Both the position numbers and the translations under genes were made by a program. Positions 19,102 to 27,707 of a stretch of 45,898 nt of DNA are shown here, piece after piece. How positions within the stretch are numbered: the first letter of the stretch is position 1; every line of letters begins with the position of its first letter. The notes under the pieces were generated by a model. That model did no database searches, was not told the DNA's origin, and worked only from the letters and a program-made list of their open reading frames with translations. This stretch comes from an uncultured Pseudomonadales bacterium (GTDB lineage Bacteria; Pseudomonadota; Gammaproteobacteria; Pseudomonadales; Azotimanducaceae): positions 1 through 45,898 of the forward strand of contig CAXDSX010000001.1 of NCBI GenBank assembly GCA_963992075.1, read 5' to 3'.

Positions 19102-19974
19102 TTATCGAATATTGGAGACGATGCTCTCAAGAAAAGCGATTGCGCCATTGCCCGCGAATCCCGTCAAATACGTGACCCGCTCGCCTTCGAACCGCGGATC
19201 CGTCTCGAGTTGTGGGACGTTTCCTTCTTGGCGTAAGCGCCAGCCCCTTTGCTCCGCGATAAACCATTCTGGATGGCTGAGCCAGGCGATGGCAGCAGAG
19301 TCCCATGGATGAATACCGTCGTCTTCTGGAAAACGATCGAGCCAGAAGTTAAGCCAATCCTGAGAACGTTGGTAGCAGTGCAAGCCGATGGGGCCTTGCT
19401 GCATGAGCGGGCGTAGGTCCTGAGCCGTCAGAGTCACCTGACTCGTTAATTCAAATCCCGCGAGCGCCACGCTCACTCCGCTTCGCAGAAGGTCATCGGC
19501 GGCCCGTGCATCGTTCTCGAGGTTGAAGTCATTGACGGGCCCCGTATCGCCAATATAGAACGACCGGCCTTGTGAACGCCCCGCCACGATGACGACTGAT
19601 TCGATATTTTCGAGCCGTTCTGGGTAGCGTCTAATGAGAAGTCCAATGTTGGTCAGTGGCCCGATGGCAGCAATATGGAGGCTTTGGGTAGCTAGCTGCG
19701 ATGCCATGAATTCGACCGCATCGTTGGTTCCCAAATTCGTTGCAGATGCAGCGCCTGACGCGACTGGTATCGGTATGCCCTTTACCTGAAGTAATTCTTG
19801 CGCCGTTTGATCGACCCGGTCCAATGGCGCGTTACCGTAAACGGTGGTGATGCCGAGTAGGTCGACAGCGTCGTCGTTGATTGCTTGGATAATTGCGAAC
19901 GCATCGTCGATATCGCGAGGGCGGTCTTCATGCACGACGCCCAGCGCGACGTCCGTGTCAATAATAAGGTTCAT
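19102..19974 (-). CDS. Inosine-uridine-preferring nucleoside hydrolase (IUNH) family protein, atypical N-terminal Asp cluster
   Basis: IIDTD...DIDDAFAI, GITTVYGN, AIGPLTN, NDFNLENDARAA resemble IUNH blocks. ATG 19974 forms an ATGA overlap with the upstream kinase stop. Confidence 0.78.
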   Translation of the reverse strand: MNLIIDTDVALGVVHEDRPRDIDDAFAIIQAINDDAVDLLGITTVYGNAPLDRVDQTAQELLQVKGIPIPVASGAASATNLGTNDAVEFMASQLATQSLHIAAIGPLTNIGLLIRRYPERLENIESVVIVAGRSQGRSFYIGDTGPVNDFNLENDARAADDLLRSGVSVALAGFELTSQVTLTAQDLRPLMQQGPIGLHCYQRSQDWLNFWLDRFPEDDGIHPWDSAAIAWLSHPEWFIAEQRGWRLRQEGNVPQLETDPRFEGERVTYLTGFAGNGAIAFLESIVSNIR

Positions 19975-20879
19975 ACGTCCAGAACCACCGAAGTTGCCCA
20001 TTCGATCCACTCGGAGATTTGAGCAGGTCGGTTTTCGGGTAAGGGTAGTTTCGCCACGCCCCAGAGTCTCCTTAAAACTTCGATGCCAGCGAAGCCCAGG
20101 GCAAGACGCAAGTCGAAGGGTTGGGCCGATTGGTAGTGACTAAGCGCATTTCGAATCGCAGCATCGTCCCGTCCGGCAAAGGCCAAGTGCGCAGCAAATA
20201 CACCGAGATCGAATTCCGCCGCTCCAGCAAACGCGAATTCTGGGTCGATGACACGAATGCCTTGGGTCGTCCGCAGCCAACTGCCTGGATAGTAATCGCC
20301 GTGAAGTAATGCTGCCCCGTCGCTCAAATAAACGTCTCCAAGGTCTTTCGCGCGCTTAGCAACACGGCTTGAACCGTTATCTTCGAAAGGGATTTCAAAG
20401 ATATGGGCATGATTGAGTGTTCGCATGTCCCGGTTAGTGAAGAGCTTCGATTCGACTTGTACTTGGTGTAAGTCGCAAAGCCATGAAAGGAGCTGTGGGA
20501 TATCAGATTTGATCGGCGTACCGCTGTATGCATCGGTGCAATCCGACGCCGGCCCGAGATCCTCAAACGCCAATAGATGGTGCTCGGGCGCGTGCCCGAG
20601 AAATCTTGGCATCTTGGTCGCTATCGGCAAGCCTTCGAGGGCTTGATAAAACGAGGCTTCGACGCGATCCCGATCGATTGGCGCTGGAATATCGGGATAT
20701 TTAGCGACGAAGGGAACGGACTGTTTCAGAACGATGGAATCCGCGTCGGTGACGATGCGGAGGGTTCGGTTCATGTTCCCCTCCCCCGCGACTTCGGCCA
20801 GCCTCAAATCGCCGTGAAGCCACCCACGATCAATGGAAAAGTCCAGGATCTTTGTAGCGTTGGCAATTGATAATTCCAT
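19971..20879 (-). CDS. Short MtnK/DrdK-like (5-methylthioribose kinase-like) phosphotransferase
   Basis: GEGNMN loop, KQSVPFVAKY, IDRDRVEASF, HGDYYPGS and VIDPEFAFAG (DxE motif) parallel MtnK motifs as recalled. It is only 302 aa, against roughly 400 aa for canonical MtnK. Confidence 0.65.
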   Translation of the reverse strand: MELSIANATKILDFSIDRGWLHGDLRLAEVAGEGNMNRTLRIVTDADSIVLKQSVPFVAKYPDIPAPIDRDRVEASFYQALEGLPIATKMPRFLGHAPEHHLLAFEDLGPASDCTDAYSGTPIKSDIPQLLSWLCDLHQVQVESKLFTNRDMRTLNHAHIFEIPFEDNGSSRVAKRAKDLGDVYLSDGAALLHGDYYPGSWLRTTQGIRVIDPEFAFAGAAEFDLGVFAAHLAFAGRDDAAIRNALSHYQSAQPFDLRLALGFAGIEVLRRLWGVAKLPLPENRPAQISEWIEWATSVVLDV

Positions 20880-20956
20880 CTGGCGCGATTCCTAGGGGAT
20901 AGTTGGTACTGGGCAACGCCAAAAAAGAACGTTCCTATCCTGGGTCGGATGTCCGA

Positions 20957-22357
20957 TCATGCAGAGAGTTGTCGGCTGATCTTGTCGTAGATGCCGCCAA
21001 AACCGCCGTTGCTCATAATGACGACATGACAGGTATCTCCAACTCGTGCGCCGATTCTCTCGACGAGTCGATCGAGATCATTCTCGACGGATGCCGCGGT
21101 TAGGCTGCCGTTCACCAACTCGGCCAGGTCCCACTGCATGTTTTCGCTGCGAAACCACACGACTTCGTCTGCTGGAGCGGTGCAATGGCAGAGATCGTCA
21201 CGCAGCGTGCCGAGTGACATCGTGTGTGTTCGCGGTTCGACGATCGCCAAGATGTGTTCGTTGCCGACGTGGTTCCGAAGGCCTTGAAGCGTCGTACGAA
21301 TCGCGGAGGGATGGTGAGCAAAATCGTCGTAACACTTCAACCCGTCTTTCTCTGCAAAAAGCTCCATTCGCCGTTTGACGCCTTCAAATCGACTCAGGGC
21401 TTCGATGGCTAGGCCGGCGGGAACACCGGCATGCCGAGACGCGGCGATCGCCGTCAAAGCGTTTTCGACATTGTGAGCGCCGAGTAACGACCACTCGATC
21501 GATCCCAGGTCGGTGTTATTTAAAGCGACGGTAAAACGACTTCCATCCGGTTTCATCGTGGACGCGTGCCACAAGTCGCCGTTGTCTGAGTCGATCCGCT
21601 GCAATCGGTTTTCTTGTAGCGCTACAAATCGAGAGACGGGAGTCCAGCAGCCTTGCCTCAACACCTCGTCGACGGACGATGACTGCTCTGGGGCAATGAT
21701 CAATCCATCGCTGGGGACGGTGCGGATGAGGTGGTGGAACTGAGTTTGGATGGCGGCGAGATCGTCGAAAATATCGGCGTGATCGTATTCTAAGTTATTG
21801 ATAACCAAAGTCTTAGGGCGGTAGTGGACAAACTTAGAGCGTCGATCGAAATAAGACGTGTCGTATTCATCAGCTTCAACCACAAAAAAAGGACTCTTCC
21901 CGAGGCGTGCCGACGTGCGGAAGTTCCTTGGCACACCGCCGATTAGAAAACCGGGGTTCAGACCGGCGTAATCTAGAATCCACGCGACCATGCTCGTTGT
22001 CGTGGTTTTTCCGTGAGTTCCCGCGATCGCAATTACCCATCGATCTCTAAGAATGGTTTCACCGAGCCATGCGGCACCCGAGGTGTAGTCGAGATTTTGG
22101 TTAAGCACGAATTCCACGGCGGGATCGCCGCGTGGGAGTTTGGCATTACCAATGACGATTTTATCGGGCGTTCGATCAAGGTCTGATGGGGCGAAGGCTT
22201 GATGGACCGTTATCCCAGCACTCGCGAGCTGTCCACTCATCGGCGGATAAATGGGGTCGTCTGACCCGGCCACGTCATACCCAGATTCCTTCGCGAGTAA
22301 CGCCAAGCTACCCATGAGGGTGCCACCAATACCGAGAAAGTAGATGCTTTGGCTCAT
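20957..22357 (-). CDS. mpl: UDP-N-acetylmuramate:L-alanyl-gamma-D-glutamyl-meso-diaminopimelate ligase
   Basis: N-terminal IYFLGIGGTLMGSLALLAKESGYDVAGSD, P-loop GTHGKTTTTSM, Mur-ligase blocks (EADEYD, NLEYDHADIF). About 466 aa, typical of Mpl. Confidence 0.9.
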   Translation of the reverse strand: MSQSIYFLGIGGTLMGSLALLAKESGYDVAGSDDPIYPPMSGQLASAGITVHQAFAPSDLDRTPDKIVIGNAKLPRGDPAVEFVLNQNLDYTSGAAWLGETILRDRWVIAIAGTHGKTTTTSMVAWILDYAGLNPGFLIGGVPRNFRTSARLGKSPFFVVEADEYDTSYFDRRSKFVHYRPKTLVINNLEYDHADIFDDLAAIQTQFHHLIRTVPSDGLIIAPEQSSSVDEVLRQGCWTPVSRFVALQENRLQRIDSDNGDLWHASTMKPDGSRFTVALNNTDLGSIEWSLLGAHNVENALTAIAASRHAGVPAGLAIEALSRFEGVKRRMELFAEKDGLKCYDDFAHHPSAIRTTLQGLRNHVGNEHILAIVEPRTHTMSLGTLRDDLCHCTAPADEVVWFRSENMQWDLAELVNGSLTAASVENDLDRLVERIGARVGDTCHVVIMSNGGFGGIYDKISRQLSA

Positions 22358-22851
22358 GTTGCTAGCGTCACGCTTACGACATAACTCGCGATCGCGATTA
22401 AGAGGGCAATGCCAACGGCGCGCATCATGTCAACGCCCATGGCTCGGTGAAGAATGAATCCTGCCGCAGCGAGACTCCACAGAAGAAACGGGAGAGCGAC
22501 GAGGGGAGTCCCCGTGAGCTTTAGTGCGATCAGCATCAGCGTACCAAGAAGCAGGTCAACGCCCGTCATGGAGGCGAACGTTTGATAGAAGCGTCGATGG
22601 AGTCCACCGACTCGGAGCGCACCCCATGTGAGTAGGGCGGTGATGGTAAGTGCACCGTAGGTGGGTAAAAGTTGTATTTCGTTTAGACCGGAACTCTCTG
22701 ACAAGGCCCCTGGCGCGAGCAGCTGGGTGATCGTGGCGAGGACCGTTTGCAATGCCACCAACAAAGCAATGAAGTAGGGGTGTGACGGCGCATTTTCTGG
22801 GCCATCCCTAAAGAGGGCGATGTTCCAAAACAACTGGACAACGGCGAGCAT
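22354..22851 (-). CDS. Hypothetical inner-membrane protein (4-5 TM)
   Basis: Hydrophobic 165-aa ORF from ATG 22851, with its stop overlapping the mpl start (ATGA). I recognise no family. The 269-aa track version extends antisense into conserved pfp codons and is rejected. Confidence 0.5.
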   Translation of the reverse strand: MLAVVQLFWNIALFRDGPENAPSHPYFIALLVALQTVLATITQLLAPGALSESSGLNEIQLLPTYGALTITALLTWGALRVGGLHRRFYQTFASMTGVDLLLGTLMLIALKLTGTPLVALPFLLWSLAAAGFILHRAMGVDMMRAVGIALLIAIASYVVSVTLAT

Positions 22852-22918
22852 GCAGAAATTGTCGCATAAATAGTTCGGATCGCTGAGAATCCCGCTTTTC
22901 ACCCCCGGGGAAGTCTTG

Positions 22919-24184
22919 ATGTCGCGAAGAAATGCGTTGTACGCGCAGTCGGGTGGGGTTACCGCTGTGATCAATGCCAGTGCTTGCGGTGTTATCGAAA
23001 CGGCACGTAAACACAAAGACGCGATTGGGCACGTCTTTGCGGCGAATAACGGGATTCTTGGCGCGCTTACGGAAGAATTGATAGACACAGGCCGAGAAAG
23101 CGCGCGCGCAATCGCGGGGCTCCGGTCGACCCCAAGTGGGGCTTTTGGTTCGTGCCGGTACAAACTTAAATCGCTCGAAGAAAACGAACGTGAATATCAC
23201 CGATTGATCGAGGTATTCCGTGCCCACGACATTGGGTATTTCTTTTACAACGGCGGTGGGGACTCGCAGGACACCGCGCATAAAGTTTCCCAACTTGGGA
23301 AGCGATTGGGTTATCCAATCCGTTGCGTGGGCATTCCAAAAACGGTCGACAACGACCTGCCATTTACCGACACTTGTCCGGGTTTTGGCAGTGTCGCGAA
23401 GTATGTTGCGGTTTCTGTGCGTGAAGCCGCAATGGACGTGGCGTCAATGGCTGAGTCGTCGACCAAGGTCTTCATCATGGAGGTCATGGGTCGACATGCA
23501 GGTTGGATTGCGGCGGCGAGTGGCCTTGCCGCTGAGCGCCGCGGCGATGCCCCGCACGTGATTGTGTTTCCCGAAGTGCCGTTCTCGAAGGTCAGGTTTC
23601 TTAGAAAGGTGAAGAACACCGTCAACGAGTCCGGATTTTGTGTCATCGTGGTGTCGGAAGGCGCGCTTTACGCCAACGGTCGTTTTTTGGCAGACTCAGG
23701 TAACCGTGATGCTTTCGGGCACGCTCAGTTGGGCGGCGTAGCGCCGACGCTTGCCGCGATGATTAACGATAAACACGGCTATAAATATCACTGGGCGGTC
23801 GCCGATTACCTGCAGCGCGCCGCACGTCACATCGCATCAAAAACCGATGTCGATCAGGCATACGCAGTGGGTAAAGCGGCGGTTGAAAGGGCGATTCGGG
23901 GAAAAGACGGGATCATGATCACCATTCGTCGGACGTCGGATACGCCCTATCGGTGGACTGTGGGTGAAGCCCCGCTGCAGCGCGTCGCCAACGTCGAGCG
24001 CAAGATGCCGAAGTCGTACATTTCGCAAGACGGATTTGGAATTACCGCGCGCGCGCGGCGCTATTTAGCGCCGTTGATCCGTGGCGAGGATTACCCGAGG
24101 TATAAGCAAGGGCTACCGCAGTACACGCGTCTGAAAGCGGAACTTATCGCGAAAAAACTTCCCGCATTCTCGGTAGACGCGTAA
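22919..24184 (+). CDS. pfp: 6-phosphofructokinase of the roughly 420-aa gammaproteobacterial clade (probably PPi-dependent)
   Basis: PFK-A family blocks: YAQSGGVTAVINAS, NGGGDS, GIPKTVDNDL, MEVMGRHAGWIA. Length and N-terminus resemble the Xanthomonas/methanotroph-type enzymes. Phosphoryl-donor specificity is inferred, not shown. Confidence 0.85.
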   Translation: MSRRNALYAQSGGVTAVINASACGVIETARKHKDAIGHVFAANNGILGALTEELIDTGRESARAIAGLRSTPSGAFGSCRYKLKSLEENEREYHRLIEVFRAHDIGYFFYNGGGDSQDTAHKVSQLGKRLGYPIRCVGIPKTVDNDLPFTDTCPGFGSVAKYVAVSVREAAMDVASMAESSTKVFIMEVMGRHAGWIAAASGLAAERRGDAPHVIVFPEVPFSKVRFLRKVKNTVNESGFCVIVVSEGALYANGRFLADSGNRDAFGHAQLGGVAPTLAAMINDKHGYKYHWAVADYLQRAARHIASKTDVDQAYAVGKAAVERAIRGKDGIMITIRRTSDTPYRWTVGEAPLQRVANVERKMPKSYISQDGFGITARARRYLAPLIRGEDYPRYKQGLPQYTRLKAELIAKKLPAFSVDA

Positions 24185-24205
24185 GTGCCACGAGCCATCG
24201 GATAA

Positions 24206-24225
24206 GCCTTCATGTCGTTGAAGGC
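24206..24225. terminator. Candidate bidirectional hairpin between convergent pfp and hppA
   Basis: Perfect 7-bp inverted repeat GCCTTCA / TGAAGGC with a 6-nt loop, centred in the 57-nt spacer. There is no U-tract on either side, so this is weak. Confidence 0.3.
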
Positions 24226-24241
24226 CGTCGAGTCGCGTCGG

Positions 24242-26287
24242 TTAAGCGCCTATTGCAGCTAGCAACAGGATCGCAACAATGTTGATGATTTTAATCATCG
24301 GATTGACTGCGGGGCCCGCCGTGTCTTTGTAGGGATCGCCGACGGTGTCGCCGGTTACCGCGGCCTTGTGGGCTTCCGAGCCCTTGCCTCCGTGGTTACC
24401 GTCTTCGATGTACTTTTTGGCGTTATCCCAGGCTCCACCACCCGCCGTCATCGAGATCGCGACAAATAGTCCGGTAACAATGGTTCCAAGAAGCATCGCC
24501 CCGACGGCGCTCAACGCGCTCGCTTGGTCAAAGACTAAATTGAGTACAAAGTACACGACGATGGGCGCGAGTACCGGCAGCATCGACGGGACGATCATTT
24601 CGCGGATCGCCGATCGTGTCAGTAAGTCAACGGCTTTGCTGTAATCGGGTCTCGTGGTGCCATCCATAATGCCGGGCATTTCGCGAAACTGGCGGCGGAC
24701 TTCCTCCACCACGGCGCCGCCAGCTCGCCCCACGGCCTGCATCCCAAGCGCGCCGAAGAGATAGGGCAGCATGCCCCCGATAAGAAGCCCTATAACGACG
24801 AAGGGATCGGACAATTCAAAACCGATTTCTAAATCAGGGAAGAAGTGCGCGAGATCGTAGGTATACGCATTGAACAACACGAGCGCCGCGAGGCCAGCTG
24901 AGCCAATGGCGTAACCCTTGGTAACGGCCTTAGTCGTGTTGCCGACAGCATCAAGAGCATCGGTCGTTTTACGTACGTCTTCATCCAGATCGCTCATTTC
25001 TGCTATACCGCCGGCGTTGTCTGTGACTGGGCCGTACGCGTCGAGTGCTACCACCATGCCCGCGAGCGCGAGCATCGTTGTCGCGGCGATCGCGATGCCA
25101 TAAATGCCAGCAAATTGGAATGCGAGAACAATACCAACCGCGACGATGATGGCCGGGATAGCGGTCGCTTCCATCGAAACGGCGAGGCCCTGAATTACAT
25201 TGGTACCATGCCCGGTTTCCGATGCTGCAGCGATTGACTTCACAGGCCGGTATTCGGTCGACGTATAGTATTCAGTCACCCAGACAATGAGACCGGTGAC
25301 GACTAATCCCACCAGCGCGCAATAAAAGAACTGGCGACCTTCATCGCCAGGGAACATGTGATCGGTTACAAAGTAGATCAACACGCCAGAAAGGACCGCG
25401 GTCGCGATAAAGCCCTTGTAGAGCGCGCCCATAATATTTTCCGAATTTCCAAGTCGAACGCAAAACGCTCCAATGACGGATGCGATAATGCAGACGCCGC
25501 CAATAAGCATGGGCATCTCAATCGCACTTAGCTGATCAGCGCCTGAGAATTTAATGGTTGCCAGCAGCATAGTGGCGACGATCGTGACTGCGTAGGTCTC
25601 AAAGAGATCGGCGGCCATGCCGGCACAATCGCCGACGTTGTCGCCGACGTTGTCGGCAATCACGGCGGCGTTGCGGGGATCGTCTTCAGGAATCCCGGCC
25701 TCAACTTTGCCGACCAGGTCGGCACCGACATCGGCTCCTTTGGTGAAGATGCCGCCACCGAGGCGTGCAAAGATAGAGATTAACGAAGCGCCGAAAGAAA
25801 GCGCGACCAACGGTTCGATCAGGTGCCGCCCTTCCATCCCCATCCCCTTGAGGATGGCGTAATACCCAGCGACTCCAATGAGTCCGAGGCCCACGACGAG
25901 CATGCCCGTGATGGCACCGGATTTAAACGCGATGGCGAGGGCCGGTTTTAGTCCGGTCATGGCGGCTTGCGTGGTACGGACATTGGCTCGGACGGAAACG
26001 TTCATGCCAATGTAGCCAGCGATACCGGAAAGTACCGCGCCGACGACAAAGCCGATGGCGACCAAGGTGCCGAGAGCTAGCCAAAGAATCAGCGCGACCA
26101 CGATTCCGACAACGCCAATGGTGAGGTACTGGCGATTGAGATAAGCCGTTGCGCCTTCTTGAATTGCGCCGGCGATTTCTCGCATTCGATCCGAACCGGC
26201 ATCGGCGGAAGTTACGGATCGGACTGCCCAGCCACCGTAAAGCAAAGCGAGCACGCCACACATTAGCGAAATCTGCACATCAGTCAT
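24242..26287 (-). CDS. hppA: Membrane-bound H+-translocating pyrophosphatase, K+-independent type
   Basis: 681 aa. [35 protein letters not shown] and [22 protein letters not shown] are signature M-PPase blocks. Confidence 0.95.
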   Translation of the reverse strand: MTDVQISLMCGVLALLYGGWAVRSVTSADAGSDRMREIAGAIQEGATAYLNRQYLTIGVVGIVVALILWLALGTLVAIGFVVGAVLSGIAGYIGMNVSVRANVRTTQAAMTGLKPALAIAFKSGAITGMLVVGLGLIGVAGYYAILKGMGMEGRHLIEPLVALSFGASLISIFARLGGGIFTKGADVGADLVGKVEAGIPEDDPRNAAVIADNVGDNVGDCAGMAADLFETYAVTIVATMLLATIKFSGADQLSAIEMPMLIGGVCIIASVIGAFCVRLGNSENIMGALYKGFIATAVLSGVLIYFVTDHMFPGDEGRQFFYCALVGLVVTGLIVWVTEYYTSTEYRPVKSIAAASETGHGTNVIQGLAVSMEATAIPAIIVAVGIVLAFQFAGIYGIAIAATTMLALAGMVVALDAYGPVTDNAGGIAEMSDLDEDVRKTTDALDAVGNTTKAVTKGYAIGSAGLAALVLFNAYTYDLAHFFPDLEIGFELSDPFVVIGLLIGGMLPYLFGALGMQAVGRAGGAVVEEVRRQFREMPGIMDGTTRPDYSKAVDLLTRSAIREMIVPSMLPVLAPIVVYFVLNLVFDQASALSAVGAMLLGTIVTGLFVAISMTAGGGAWDNAKKYIEDGNHGGKGSEAHKAAVTGDTVGDPYKDTAGPAVNPMIKIINIVAILLLAAIGA

Positions 26288-26402
26288 GAAGAAGATCCAT
26301 TGTTGCTTGAGGTAATTCCAACAAAGAAAACCCTTGTAAACCGCTAGTTGTAAGGTTTTCGGACCGGGACTCTACCTTAGGCGTCGTGGTGCTACAAGAC
26401 GC

Positions 26403-26424
26403 GTCATCGGTGACGACCGATGAC
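26403..26424 (-). terminator. Candidate hairpin downstream of the PCu(A)C gene / upstream of hppA
   Basis: 9-bp perfect stem GTCATCGGT / ACCGATGAC with a 4-nt loop, about 80 nt past the PCu(A)C stop. There is no clear U-tract, so a role as a terminator or 5'-UTR structure is unproven. Confidence 0.3.
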
Positions 26425-26504
26425 TTGTCGGGAGTTAGCGCCAACGTCATTGAATCTCAGGTGTTGAAACGTGTTCGTGGGTGCGTGTACTCGGTTAGGG
26501 CTAC

Positions 26505-26954
26505 TCAGGGAATCGCTTGAACGTGAAGTGCCGCGATGGACTTGATTTCAAAAGAAGCCGACAGGTATTCGCCCTCGCTCGTCACGAAGGTCATGGTGGG
26601 GTTGGCAGTGTCATTTAGTTTCAACCCAAACAACATGATGTGGATTTTGCCTGGAGCCATCGTCAAGGTTGTGTTGGGTTCAACTGAAAGCTGTATTAAC
26701 CGTCGCATGCGAGCTCGATCGTCCGTGATTACCGTCTCATGGAACTCGATTGTTTCGGACCAAGACGCGTGGGCACCAGCGATCGTGAGCTGGGTGTTGC
26801 GGTGATTCGTGATGTCGATGTAGGCGGCGGTAAAGTCCTGTGCGGCTATGGGTTGACGGACAATCGCGTTGTCGAACCGCACACGTTCGTTGGCGATGGC
26901 TGGCATGCCAAGGATCATGAACGCGACTAAACCAAGCTGACATTTAGCTTGCAC
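26505..26954 (-). CDS. Periplasmic copper chaperone PCu(A)C (DUF461)
   Basis: Exact H-X10-M-X21-H-X-M Cu(I) motif (HETVITDDRARM ... KIHIM). Signal-peptide-like N-terminus if GTG 26954 is the start (11-nt overlap with the upstream lipoprotein gene). The start is uncertain. Confidence 0.8.
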   Translation of the reverse strand: MQAKCQLGLVAFMILGMPAIANERVRFDNAIVRQPIAAQDFTAAYIDITNHRNTQLTIAGAHASWSETIEFHETVITDDRARMRRLIQLSVEPNTTLTMAPGKIHIMLFGLKLNDTANPTMTFVTSEGEYLSASFEIKSIAALHVQAIP

Positions 26955-27618
26955 TGAGATCTTCCAGCGGGATGACCAATACGCGTACCTGTGGCGGCAA
27001 TCCAATCTCGATTTCTCCCCGGATTGGACGTTTTCCCGAGCTCTCGTTGAGCTGTTCATACATCCATCGGCCGTCGGCATCACTGCCCGCACGTATGGTC
27101 ACTCTTGCGTTGGATGCACGTGCCGTTGGGCCGAATTCTTTAAGTTTGAGCGAAGCGAGCGGACTACGTGATCGTACCTGGTGCGCGGCTAACGTCAAAG
27201 ACCATCGGAGGGCCTTTTCAAGTAGTTTGATCTGGCGGCGAAGAACGTGGATGCCTGGGGAATCGGCGTCGATTTGTTCTGCAAAATCGAGTTCGGCACG
27301 TGCAGTTATCCAGGCTTCTCGGGCAATCGCGTCCATCGCGCGTTCAATGTACCGTTCGACGATCCGCTCGATACCGTATGTTGCATCGGGCTGATTGGGT
27401 GCGATTTCCAACACCCGTCGGTACCACGCCGACGCGTTATCGTCTATCGGCGCGTCGAGCTGGTCTTTATCGAAAGCAGCTTCGGCACGATTCAACAAAT
27501 ATTCAACGCGGTCCCAATCAACGGCAACCGAGGTGGCGGGGCGTGGCGGTGAGGACGGCGGAAGCACCGAGCATGCGACGAGCCCTAGCGTCATTAGCAG
27601 GGTGATTAAATGGTGCAT
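26944..27618 (-). CDS. Hypothetical lipoprotein
   Basis: ATG 27618 gives MHHLITLLMTLGLVAC, with an LVAC lipobox. The remainder is helical/TPR-like, and I can name no family. Overlaps the PCu(A)C gene start. Confidence 0.55.
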   Translation of the reverse strand: MHHLITLLMTLGLVACSVLPPSSPPRPATSVAVDWDRVEYLLNRAEAAFDKDQLDAPIDDNASAWYRRVLEIAPNQPDATYGIERIVERYIERAMDAIAREAWITARAELDFAEQIDADSPGIHVLRRQIKLLEKALRWSLTLAAHQVRSRSPLASLKLKEFGPTARASNARVTIRAGSDADGRWMYEQLNESSGKRPIRGEIEIGLPPQVRVLVIPLEDLSAS

Positions 27619-27707
27619 ACGCCGTTCAACGATTCCTGGTTTCCCATGCCCTGTATAGTGTACAAACACGCCTCTTTCTATCGTTAGCAACGAGAGACAA
27701 CTCGGTC

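Noticed and set aside
19971-20879. The idea that the kinase downstream of mpl is an AmgK-type MurNAc/GlcNAc anomeric kinase for peptidoglycan recycling.
   Set aside because: Its nucleotide loop (GEGNMN) and its HGDYYPGS / IDPEFAF motifs match the MtnK branch, not the choline-kinase-like pattern I associate with AmgK. No MurU-like nucleotidyltransferase is adjacent. A 77-nt gap separates it from mpl, whereas it is overlap-coupled to the nucleoside hydrolase.
22852-23163. A 269-aa track ORF (22354..23163, minus) that would give the small membrane protein a 104-aa N-terminal extension.
   Set aside because: The extension runs antisense through the highly conserved N-terminus of the phosphofructokinase gene, and its composition is Arg/Ser/Pro/Ala-rich and non-protein-like. 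The hydrophobic protein begins sensibly at ATG 22851.
26288-26504. The largest non-coding gap (217 nt, upstream of hppA) as a hiding place for a tRNA, riboswitch or sRNA.
   Set aside because: There is no T-loop (GTTCGAATC-like) or acceptor/CCA architecture and no riboswitch core I recognise. Only a 9-bp hairpin (26403-26424) and a short GCGTC...GACGC repeat are present. It is most simply the PCu(A)C terminator region plus the hppA promoter and 5' UTR.
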